Below are positions 35,001 through 47,000 of a stretch of 64,000 nt of DNA, piece by piece. The notes beneath the pieces were generated by a model. It was given only the letters and a program-made list of their open reading frames with translations, made no database searches and was not told the origin of the DNA. Source of the DNA: Hormiphora californensis (taxonomy: Eukaryota; Animalia; Ctenophora); NCBI GenBank assembly GCA_020137815.1, contig CM035361.1, forward strand, positions 1,116,001 through 1,180,000. The letters run 5' to 3'. Both the position numbers and the translations under genes were made by a program. Every line of letters starts with the position of its first letter. Within the stretch, counting starts at the first letter, position 1.

Positions 35001-38000
35001 GAATCGTGTAATCAGTCTGACCTCCCCGGGTCCTTCTCGGCCTGCTCTTTATACCATTTTCAGAGCACAGAGAGGCCAGTGTTTTGTTTCGAGTAGTCAG
35101 CCGATCGAGGAGGCCATCCAGATTTTGGAAGTGCTCCTTCTTCCCTTCTCCCTCGTCATCTTCATCATTGTCTTCAGCGTCATTAGCCTCCGTCAGGGCA
35201 GTCTTAATTCTGAGTATATCCCTGTTCACATCTCCTATCTCTTTTTCTATGTTCGCTAGTTTGGACATCAACGCAACATTAGCCTTCCCACCCTTCTCGC
35301 TCTTAGGAGGTACTGTCTTGATTGAATCAGCTCTAGTGGATTTAGCTCTCTCAGATTTTAGTTTCTCAGATCGTTTGGAAAGTGTTTTCACCCCATCCAC
35401 CTCTTCTTCCTCGACCTCCTCTTCCTCTTCATCTTCCTCCTCTTCCTCTTCTTCCTCCGCTTTCTCACTTTCCTTCTGAGATGCCTCGTGGGCCTCGGAG
35501 AGTGCCTGGAGTTGGGATTTGGCCTCCTCGACATCTTTCTCCTTCTCCACAAGACTCTTCTCCTTCTCCGCTAGAGTTCTGTCTAGTTCTGCCATATTCT
35601 GTGTTGCATCATCCAGCTTCCCTCTTGCGTCATTAAGGTCACCTTCCAGCTTCTCCAGGGCTTTAGTTTTGGTGTCTAGTGCTGCTTCCAGGGAAGTTAT
35701 CTTCTCCTCAAGATTATCATGGGAGAGTTTGGTTTTATCAAACTCAGCCTTCAGTTTTGTAAACTCGCCCGTTTTCTGGGTCAACTCAAGTTGTGAGGTC
35801 TCCAGAATATTCTTAGTTCTCTCCAGATCTCCCGCTGTGTTCTCCAACTTCTTCTGCAGATCTGATGCTTTGTTTGTCGTGTTGGTGAGATTCTCCTTGG
35901 TTGATTTGAGATCCTTAGTCAAATCCTCCACCTTAGTGGTATAATCACTAGTAAACTCAATGAACTTGACGATGATATTCTTTGCAGATTGTAGCTTGTC
36001 CTTTTCACTGATATACCCAAAGTTCTTGTCACAACAAATGGGATCATTCTTAATGGCAGCCGAGATGGTTTCAAAGAATCCATTCATGGCCTCGTCGTGC
36101 TCCACTACCTTCCCAGTCAACATGTCAATGTTAACCTTGTACTCCTCTAGAGTCTTGTTAGCGAAGTTAATAGCACCCTGCAGCTTCTTCTTCTGGGCCT
36201 TGACCTCCGCGTACTTGCTCTTCCACGCTGCCAAATCTTCAAGATTAGCCCCCGCTGAGGCGGTCTTGCTTGCTTCCTCCTCCGCTTGGAACACCAGATC
36301 TTCAATCTCCTTTTGTTTAGCCGCCAGAGTTTTCTCGAACTCCTCCATTTTCTCCAGGAATGTTGAGATCTCAGCTCTCTTTTCCTCCAATTCTGCTTCT
36401 TTCACGGTTATCTTCTCCTCTAGTTTCCCGATATCCTCATCCTTGTCCTTCACCACTTCCTCCTTGTCTTCTATCTCCTTCTCCTTCTCCTTGATAGTAG
36501 TCTCCAGTGCTTCAATCTGTTTAGTCCTGTGGGTCAGCTTTGTTCCGATAATGGCAATCTTTACCAACAGCTGGACTCGTGTTGGACCCGCTGGTACCTC
36601 TGTTTGAGTGGTCCTACTCTCCTGATCGTGGATGCTCTGCTCTCTATCATCCTGTTGAGCAGCAGACTCGACCTGGGCAGGAGCCGCACCACCACCTCCA
36701 CCCTCTCCAGGGGCAGGGGCATTAGCAAGTTTTTCTTTGTAATCCTTGATCGTGTCATATGCATCCTGAAGGGCGTTCTGGAGATCTAGAACTTGTTCCT
36801 TCAACCCACCCACATCTTCCCGTCCTCCAATTGATTCACTGAGAGAGTTCTCTATCTTCTCGCTCATTTCCTCCAAAGTGCTGATCCTCTGATTTTGGGT
36901 ACACTCCTCTGCTGTTGACTCGGGCATGTACCCACCACCTGCTTCCTTGTGTGCCGCTTCCTTTGCAGCTTTTTTCTCAAACTTCAGCTTCAGATTCTCC
37001 TGGTAGATATTGTGAACCTTGGTTTGCAGTCTCACGTTCTCCTTCACAACGTCCCCTCCAGTTGTACTGCCCGGTGGTTCAGGTTTGAAGGCTTCCTTCT
37101 CTTCTATCAACTTGTTCTTCTCAGCCTCACTCGCAGCCAACTGTTGTCGCAGAGTCTGCGCATGTCTCCTTGAGTTGGCTAATCTCATCGTTCAGTGATT
37201 TAACCCGTGGTTGGAGATCTTCATCAATCTTTTGTGAGAGGTTCTCTTTGTCGTTGAGAAGATCGGCAATAACTTTGCGGCTTTCAGCGCACGAATTGAG
37301 AGTTTTCTCAAGTTCTGCAGCAATGAGGGAAGGATCACCTTGGAGCAGCATCATGATCTTCTCCCTCATTTCAGAGTTTTCAGCGACTGATGCTTGTAGG
37401 GCATCCTTTAGTTTGATATTTTCCTTCATCATCTTTTTGAGGGATCGCTGAGCAGTTGTTTTAGCTCTCCACAGATCTGCAGGATCTCCCAAATTACTTG
37501 GCATTGGCTCTGTCACACTCTCATCCTCTTCCTCATCACCAGGCTCCCTGACTGGCATACTCAGAGTAGACAGACTGGGTGCCAGCATCGGCCCCACCGT
37601 CAACAGTGGAAGCATTCCCAGTCCCACTCTTCCCCTTTGATTTCTTAGAGGGAGTCTGACCAGGGAGATATGTCTGACAGATACCATCTCGCTGAGAAAC
37701 ACCAGTCTGCATGTCAGCATCAGCGGTGGGAATGTAAAGTTGACCATCGGTTGTTAGTTTTACTGCTAATTTCTTGATATCACTCTTTAGGTTATCATAG
37801 TCTACTGATGCGTTCTTCCTCTTATCAGTTTCATCATCCAGAGCTTTCTTTAGAGAGATAACAACCTTTTTCAACCTCTCTGCATCACTGTTTTGACCCT
37901 TCTTCTTCTTCTCGCTCCCCTCTGCACTCTCCACTATGGCCTGGAAGAGGTGATCCACCTCTGTCTGTTCACATTTGTGCTCGTATATCTGCCTGATCCT

Positions 38001-41000
38001 CTCCCCAGCGGAGTGTTTGTAGGATGCAAGGAGGAGTGCGTACTGGCCCTCTTGTTCATCAAGACATGTCTGTAGTTGGGATATCATCTGTTTGTGGGAT
38101 GCTAGGACATCGTTACAGTGGGCATTCTGTCCAATAACGGCCTTGGTTTGAGCGGTGGTTTTCTTGAGTTCCATCTTCAGATCTCGAATTGTGTCATCCC
38201 GCTCCTCGATTAGTGACCTCATGTTCTCGATGGACATGGTGGGTGGGTAGAGGGGCCTGTGACGGGTCTTGGAGGGACCCACAATGGGCTCAAAGGCTTC
38301 CTGGAGTTTGGTTAGGTTCTCCTCTGCTTCATTTAGCTGCCGTTCTTTGTCAACCTGTAATTAGGGAATGGGGATTAAGGGTACGCTAACCAAATTTTTT
38401 TTTCGAGTGCAGGGAAATCTCTCACCGTAGGGTTGTAGGCCATGCCAAGGAGACCTCAAATATGCAATTTTAGCCCTTAAGTCGAATTCATATTTTTGCT
38501 ACAGCTGTTTAAAAAATGTCCTGTAAATACGTTTTTGGCATCTCAAAAATTTTTTTCTAAAGATAGGAGCATGAAAATTTAGGGATTTGAAGAGGACATG
38601 AAGGTGAATAACCACAAAATTTTTTTTTGCAATCCGAGCTGATTTCCGGTCCTGAGATGGATTTCTTTTTTTCCACTTTAACGCCCTATTTGGCAAAGTT
38701 CCGAAAACATGTGAAAGCTGTAAATTGGTGAAAAGTTGCGTCTAACGATTATCTAAGTGGCCATAAATTTTGGGCGTGTCCTTATTTGAGACAAGCTGTA
38801 CAGAGTTTTTTTTGTGAAAGCCGTCATTTCAGAAATAAATAAATTCCCTGTATCTCAAAAACGGCTGATCGTAGAGACTTGAGACTATGCTTAAACGATT
38901 CAGAAGGTCCGATTTTGGGGGGGTCTTGTGAGAGACATTTTGCTCCTACTTCAACCGTTTTTGCTGTAATTGCGAAAAACAAAAACCCATCTTCGCCATC
39001 GTGGATTTTTTGTGATTTTGTTTTTGGTGATTATAGGGACCCATATGGACCAAATTGTGAAGGAATTAGCTTGTTACACACTTTTCCATAGTTTCGGTCC
39101 TTTCATAGCTAAAATTCCCTAATTACAGGATATTGGAGTTTAGCTTTTGCCCTTTTCATAGAATTTGTTTTTCGCAATTACAGCAAAAACGGTTGAAGTA
39201 GGAGCAAAATGTCTCTCACAAGACCCCCCCAAAATCGGACCTTCTGAATCGTTTAAGCATAGTCTCAGGTCTCTACGATCAGTCGTTTTTGAGATACAGG
39301 GAATTTATTTATTTCTGAAATGACGGCTTTCACAAAAAAAACTCTGTACAGCTTATCTCAAATAAGGACACGCCCAAAATTTATGGCCACTTAGATAATC
39401 GTTAGACGCAACTTTTCACCAATTTACAGCTTTCACATGTTTTCGGAACTTTGCTAAATAGGGCGTTAAAGTGGAAAAAAAGAAATCCATCTCAGGACCG
39501 GAAAACAGCTCGGATTGCAAAAAAATTTTTTGTGGTCATTCACCTTCATGTCCTCTTCAAATCCCCAAATTTTCATGCTCCTATCTTTAGAAAAAAATTT
39601 TTGAGATGCCAAAAACGTATTTACAGGACATTTTTTAAACAGCTGTAGCAAAAATATGAATTCGACTTAAGGGCTAAAATTACATATTTGAGGTCTCCTT
39701 GGTATGGCCTACAACCCTACGGTGAGAGATTTCCCTGCACTCGAAAAAAAATTTTGGTTAGCGTACCCTTAAGTTATTCTTCACTTGGAGGAAAGAGGGT
39801 GGGTTCGAAAATTCAAATAGGAAGAGATTATTTGAATCATGTCAAAAAGGTAACCAAATTGTAATTAGGGGGGGGGGGTTAAGGCATTCTTTGCTTGGAT
39901 CATGATGAAGGAAATACGTGGGGAGAGGGGTGGGGCTTGGTGATTGGTGAAAAATAGAAAATCAAAAGGGGAGTATAGGAAATTTAAATGATATCAAAAT
40001 TACAATAGAAATGTACTAACCAGGCTGTCCTTGTACATGCAGCATTGTTCTGATACTAGTTTTAATTGGGATGCCAACTGCAATCTCTCTTGATGGGCAC
40101 ACTCAACCTGGGATGGGAGTTAGGTAAATGTCAGGTATCCGCTGAGAACTGGGGTTTGGGATATTGATTGTTGGGAGGGATACGTGACTTCATGAAAAGG
40201 TGTCGCCACACGTACAATGTACGTCGTACATGTCTTGCGTAGGGGTTGTGTAGAGAGGGTCGACTAGCATTTGTTGTTTTTTAAAGAGGGTCTAGAAGGT
40301 ATTGAGTAAGTTCACTAACCTGGTGCCTGAGTTTCCTGTAAGCTTGATCTGCTGCTGTTGCCATCTCCACATTGCCTGAATTCATAGAGGGGGGGTCAAG
40401 TTAGTTTGGAACAAGGGGTATATTGGGGATATTAGGGATTGGGGATGGGGATCCTTTAGAACTGATACATTCTTGAAGAACACAACAGTTGAGTAGTTGA
40501 CTGAATGAAGACTAGGGTGGTATAACAGGGTCGAGGGATGGGGATAATTAAGAAGTTAGGGGGGGGGGGGAGTTAGCGGACAGCGGTAGTAGCGTATGTG
40601 AAAATCAGCTTGTAAACATAGCAATAAAGATAAGATAAATTAAACAGCAATCGTAGATTATATACTTGGTACTAATTAACGTCTAATAAGCATGTAATTA
40701 GCATATCAAGTTATCTAAATGCACTATTTGAATAAGACTATGAATCTTTGAAAAGCAAATGACGTCCATGGTCAAAGATTCTGATGCACCGGTTATCAAA
40801 AACCCAACAATCAGTTCTATCCAATTCACCCTCATTTCCTCGTACAATGACAGTTTTAACAACAACCGAGCTCTGAGCTGACCCAGAACTGTTCATTCCT
40901 TATAGGGATAGACGGAAACTGTTCATTCCTCCTCATCATATTTAGGGTTGTAGACCCACTGTTTAGCGGTGGTAGTACTGACAGTCTCCGTAGATAGCCC

Positions 41001-44000
41001 ACGTGTTAGAGGTCCTGTTAGTAGTACTGAACACTATTAGAAGGGGCACTGACAAGTGCTGTTTGCTGGACACTGGCAAGTGCTGAACACTGTACTGCTT
41101 CCATTATGATACGTGCATCGCAGATCACGCATCAAGCGAAGGAGTCCGCTTACATCACTCGGCATCACACATAAACAAACAGGTCCAGGATACGCTAACA
41201 TCACGATCAGATATTCAGGAGAGACAACTACTAATCATGGGGCTTCAATATATAGAGGGCACAATCATGTACTTATTACGACAAGTTACAACAAAGTGAT
41301 TGAATTGATATTAATCAATTGATCAGGCTCTCAAAATACAACAAATGAATGAGGAACAGAAATACAGGCAAATATAAAAACACGAACTGCTAACTCAAAG
41401 AAGATGCTGTTACACGGGATAGTGGTACAGTGGTACGGGGGAGAGGTACAGTACGGGGGAGAGTGTTACAGTACCTTTTTTGCCTGGTGAAGAAGTTGGT
41501 GGAGGGTTGGCTGATTTGTAGAAGTCTAGCTCCTGAAGTAACTGGGATATCTTGTCACCACTTGTACCACGCACTGGATGGGGATCATGAGTCAGTGATA
41601 CCGAGCTGTTTTGGGTGGGTTGAAAGAACAGAAAACAAAACAAACTTTTTAACAACCCTTGATGTTTCTTAATTTGTTAGCAATAAATCAGGAAAAGTTA
41701 ATGACTCACAACAAATTATTCTCACTCACATGGCATATCACAGATGGTAGAGTCTTGGTTTCCCATGGTCTTCTCCAGAGCAAGTTCTAAATCCTCCAAC
41801 TCCCTACTGATATCTTGGAGAGACTCCAACTGGGGATAACACATTGATTAACATATTGGTTAACATTGGTTAATATGAGTTTCTGTATGCTATATCTGTA
41901 TTTCAAGCAATAACACAGTCCAAATACCCAAAACACTGAACTCTGGTGAGTGACATGATGCAATAACCAAACCCCCCAATTAACTCACGTGTTCCTCCAT
42001 GGGTTCACTATCAAACTGCTGATTAAGATCCAGCAGGGCATTGACAGCCAGTCTCATCTCCTCATTGAGCAGGCCTATCTGAATGGTGCTCCTTGATACA
42101 CCCTTCTGAAGCTGGGATATCTGTTGTAAGTATACGGGGGTAATGAATCATGGGATATCTGTTGTAAGTATACGGGGGTAATGAATCATGGGATATCTGT
42201 TGTAAGTATACGGGGGTAATGAATCATGGGATATCTGTTGTAAGTATACGGGGGTAATGAATCATGGGATATCTGTTGTAAGTATACGGGGGTAATGAAT
42301 CATGGGATATCTGTTGTAAGTATTGGGGTAATGAATCATGATGGCAATGGTAAAAGCAGGGGTTTCGGGTCGGAATCGGGGATACGATTCCGGTTAGAAT
42401 AACTATACTTTCGCAAACACTCATCAAACACACGTGCCAAACGAACAATTAAACCATGCACCAATCATTAAAAACTATAACACATGCATACACTGACACT
42501 TTTCTCTATTCGTGTCACGCCGTCCTGTTTACATGCAGTACACAACTTTTAATTGTACGAGGAGGGGGCAATATAGAAGTTGAAATGTAGTATTCAGTTG
42601 ACTTCTGTTCGGTTTCCTCTCTTCTCCTCAGTACGAGATAGCGGGTAGTCAGAAAGAGATGGAGAGAAGAGGAGAGAAGAGAGTCAGAGAGGAGAGAGAA
42701 GAGCGAGATAGTAGGGGGGTACGGAAGAGAGGAGAGGAGCACGCGAGAGAAGAAAGAGATGGAGAGAGAGAGATCAATACGATCGAACGAGCTCAAAAGC
42801 AATGGACGTCATTTAGAGGCTGAAGTCGCTCCAACGACGCTAGCTCTACGGCGATCATCGGGTCGCTGCATCTCTCTCTTAGTGCACTAGTATTCACGTA
42901 GAATCATAAACAAGCCTAATCTGATGGTCTCTGCTCTCTCTATCCTCTTAGGTCTCAGTCAACACCTCTACGTCCTATTGTCTGACTCGCCTCGTCAGCT
43001 CTCTCTCTCTCTAAAAAACACTCAAAATGGACACAGTGGCGACCAACACGAGTAACTAAAAACATCACAACAAGCTAAACATGTGAGACAAGAATTTAGA
43101 GGTGCTGCAATGTGGTCTTCCAAGGAACGACTGAGTCACGCCTCACGGTACATCCATAAAACAGGGGGAGATTCGACACACATCAAATGCCATGAAACAT
43201 CTGCACATCACATCTGACATCTGCACTTCACATCACTTCACAATACGTATTACAAAAACATATGTCATGACCTGAGTAGTAACGTGATTCAGGTTGTCTG
43301 TTACTCGTCCCAGCTGGCTTTGTAAACCTTGGCAATCAGTCTAATACTTGTTTAGACATTGGATGTTTGGTGCTTAATATATCCTGACACTTCAATGTCA
43401 GTCCTTTCAAGGGACTACGGCCACGCGACGATTTAACTACATAAAACTACAAACAACCACATCACCCCGACCTAAAAACATATTTTCCAAAAACCAAACT
43501 AACCCTAAAAACACATGAAAAGTACCTCTTTTTGGGTGAGTTTCTTGTTCGCCTCTCTCAACTCCTTCGCTGTCATCTCAGCACCATCCACCACCTTCTC
43601 TTTCTCTTCCTGGGAAAATGGGAGACATGTCAAACACTAAAGTTTAGTAATTCATCAACTTCCGAAATCTTTGTCAATTTACTTTTTCTTTACATCATGG
43701 TTTAACTTTATATCTTAGCTATCCCATTTGAGATTTAAAGAGGATCTGTTTGCCAAGATCTCCATGACAAACAGATCCATGGGTTTCTGTATCATTCGTA
43801 CCTTTTGATTCCTGTACCGACCCTCACAAGTTTCTCTTTCATCTTCAACAATTCCTAGTTTCACTTTCACTTTCTGTAACTGGGCCCTCAGTGTGTCAAT
43901 TTCAATCTGAAATCAGGGATCGTTTTAGTGGTAGCCTCCCGAGAATTTATCACACTGATGAACTTGGAATGAATCCAAGAAATCAAGTAACGGATAAAAA

Positions 44001-47000
44001 CACGAAAAACAGGAACCGACCGAAGGAAGTAAACAACCAATCAGAACTCGTTATTCAGGTCACGTCACTGGTTATCAGCCAATCAGGGACCAGTATTTCC
44101 TGATTCGGTCGGTTACTGCCCAAAAGCTCCTGTTTCCTCTACAATTACCTGTTTCTTGTGTAGAAGTTGTCTCATGTCCTCGTGCTGTTCTTCGTATGAG
44201 GTTGCAGCTGCACGGGAGTCATTCAGGGAGGTCTCTAACTCCTGCTGCTTCCTGAGAGAGTTAACATTAATTGAGATTAATCAATTAACCGATGACTCAG
44301 GTTTAGGCAATAAAACACGAAATGAAGTGAGCTGTATAGAATTGTAATCTTACTTGTTGAGCCGTGTTTTGTCCAGTTCCAATCCACTAAGTTGAGTCTG
44401 GAGACTTTCACACTGCTCCGACTTCTTCAGGAACTGGAGAAAATGAACCAGGTTAAAATCAAGGAAAAGCTCGTTCAGTCAAGTTAAAATTTGAAAAGAA
44501 ATAAGGATCTCACCTGCACAGTAAGGTCATTCAGATCAGTTTTGATGTTCTCTGCTTCAATTCTCTCAATATCAAGGAGCTCCCTTTGGAGAGAGGATAG
44601 CTGGGAATCAATCTCTGCCAGACTCTGGAGTAGCCCCTCTCGTACCTGAAACAGTATGAGATAATTGAAAATATAACGTCCGATGTTTTCATAGATTATT
44701 TAATCTAAACCCCAACCTGAACAAGGTTCACCTTCTCCCTAACCCACCTCGTTGTCCAGTGTGGGGTCATCCTGTATCATGTTGATAATGGAGCTAAACG
44801 CTAATCTAGCCAGATTGATCTGCTCCCTTAGTGTAGCAAGACGTTGTAGGTGGATCTGTTTCTGTTGGTGTAGCTTCTCATCTAGTTCGTTTCGCTCCTT
44901 TACTACTTCTTCCAGCTGGACAGGGAGTTCAGTGGGTTAGCTAAAGAGTAAAGAGAGAAGGAATGCGTGGTTCCAGTGTTCAAATAATAACAGCTGGAGC
45001 TGTGGGAATCAGGGGAAGGTTGAATGCATCAGGCCTCAGGGAAGAAGATGTAATGAGAAAGCTTTAGAACCAAGTGGAGGGATAATAATTACGTCAGCTT
45101 TGAGTTCATTGATGGTCTCAGTATCCTTCATTTGACGATAAACAAAGTCCCTGATCCTGTCAGCCTGTTCATTCACTGTATTCTGGAGGTTCTCATTCGA
45201 ACTGAAATATAATGCTCGTTGTAATATTGTGTTGAGTGGTAACCATGGTAACTACCGGTAACCATGGTATAACATGTCTCAGCAATATGTAACTATGGTA
45301 ACATAACTCACCGAGAGAGGATGGCGTTGGTATTGATCTGCTTCTGAAGAGTCTGGATGGCATTATCTTTTTCTTGGCACATCAAATCACATACCCTTGA
45401 TACACGTCGCACTTCAGTTTCGATATCTTCTAGCTGATAAGGGGGGACACTTGGAGTGTTAGAAATGTGTTTAGGCTGGTAGTAAGGGGCAGGAGGAGAG
45501 AGAAAGAGATGACCACACACTGACAACAACACCACACAGTACCACTGTATTCCGATACTCCGTACTCCAATTTACTCTCATCTCAATTAATCTACCACAT
45601 GCCAAACCAGCATCGTGCAAATGCATTTTTAAATCATTCATTCCAATGCAATTTAATTCATTTCATACCTTTTTGACGTGGAAATCGATCCGTCCCTGCA
45701 ACTCCTCCTGTTTGTCCCTCATGGCCCTCTCGTGAGCTACATCGCTCTCCAACCTGTCTTTCTCTAACTCAGCCAGTTTAGTGGTTAGATCTGAAGGATG
45801 GATAATGTAGAGTTAGGGCTCTGATTGTAAGGCTAACTAACTTGTTGTTGTTTTTTATCGTTGGATTGTCCATACTACTTTTTTACGTGGGAACAGTGTC
45901 ATCAACTACAATTGTTGTAATTACTTGTTGAAGTAATTTTATTAAAACTATATCCATTCTACAATTCCAAACTCACCAGAGATTGTCTGTTTGTCACTGC
46001 CCATCTTCTCTATCCCATCCTTTTCATAGCGAGATATCTGGGCTTGGAGCTCAGCTATCTTTGCTCTGCTGTCATGCTGCTCAGTGAGCAGGGCATCGTA
46101 CTTCTGACGCACCCTCTTCGTTTCACCTACCTCCCCTTCCTGTTGAGAGCTTAGTAAGTCAATTTGGTTACGAAAATCGACCTTCTCATAGTTCAGATTG
46201 TGATTTGTAATTTGATTTTCGGTTTGTTGCTCAATTAACACTCAGTAACTTACAAGACGGGCAAGAAGACGTTTCTTCTCTTCAGTTAGATGTTCATTCT
46301 CAATGTGACAACTATCTACCCTCTTTCGGGGTGGGACTGGGCTCTGATCGGATCATGGGGTGAATTAGAGAGGAGGTTAAACGAGGTTTATTAACAAGTG
46401 CAGTTACTAATAAAATCATGGATGTAACATCCCAGTAACAGTTACTGGATAAAAAGTGTGATCTTAGTCTACTTACCCCTTGTTCGAGGAGGCGATGAGT
46501 CTGAAACTTCTGTTCGTTAACATCAAACAGTGCCTCACGTAGTCGCTGGTTCTGAAATAATATATCTTGTTAATAAAAGGGAGTCATGTTCTAGACTACG
46601 CGATAACCGTGATATGAAGGACAAACATTTGGAAATAGGTTCGAACAAGGCAACCGGGACAAAGAGTGCACGTTTTTACCTCAGCACATAAATGTTCAAT
46701 GGCATCTGCCTGGGTTCCCGTCCAATCCTCTTTCACATCTTTCTTCAGGGTTTCAGGATGTTTCGGACTCTCCAGCCGATCAACTTTAAGGGAATACAGC
46801 TGTGGAGGAGAGATAGAGAATGGGGTTAAGAAATTTGTGAAACATTGTGCAACATTGGCCTTGACCAGCGCCCAAGTCCGCACGTGCGGATGAGAGCGCG
46901 CGGGAGTTCAGCGCGACTCACCCAACCTACGTGTCTTCGCGCGCTACATACAAAAGCTCGGGGTCAGAATTAGGATGTTGCTAGCTAGAAATACAACCAA

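Noticed and set aside
31505-37451. Ser/Phe/Leu-rich plus-strand ORFs
   Set aside because: Antisense shadows of the Glu/Lys-rich coiled-coil exon.
37127-37747. Programmed ribosomal frameshifting in the giant exon (and at ~54710)
   Set aside because: No slippery heptamer. The breaks sit in short homopolymer or dinucleotide contexts in an assembly with many visible indel errors.
42114-42339. Relationship between this 38-bp repeat and the 38-bp satellite
   Set aside because: Same period but only a trivial gat..ctgtt resemblance; this unit derives from the local splice junction.
46140-46253. Coding extension MLIEQQTENQ... in ORF 45948-46241
   Set aside because: Better read as an intron (gtaagt...tactaagctctcaacag) that happens to be mostly open; it contains an in-frame TGA just after the donor.
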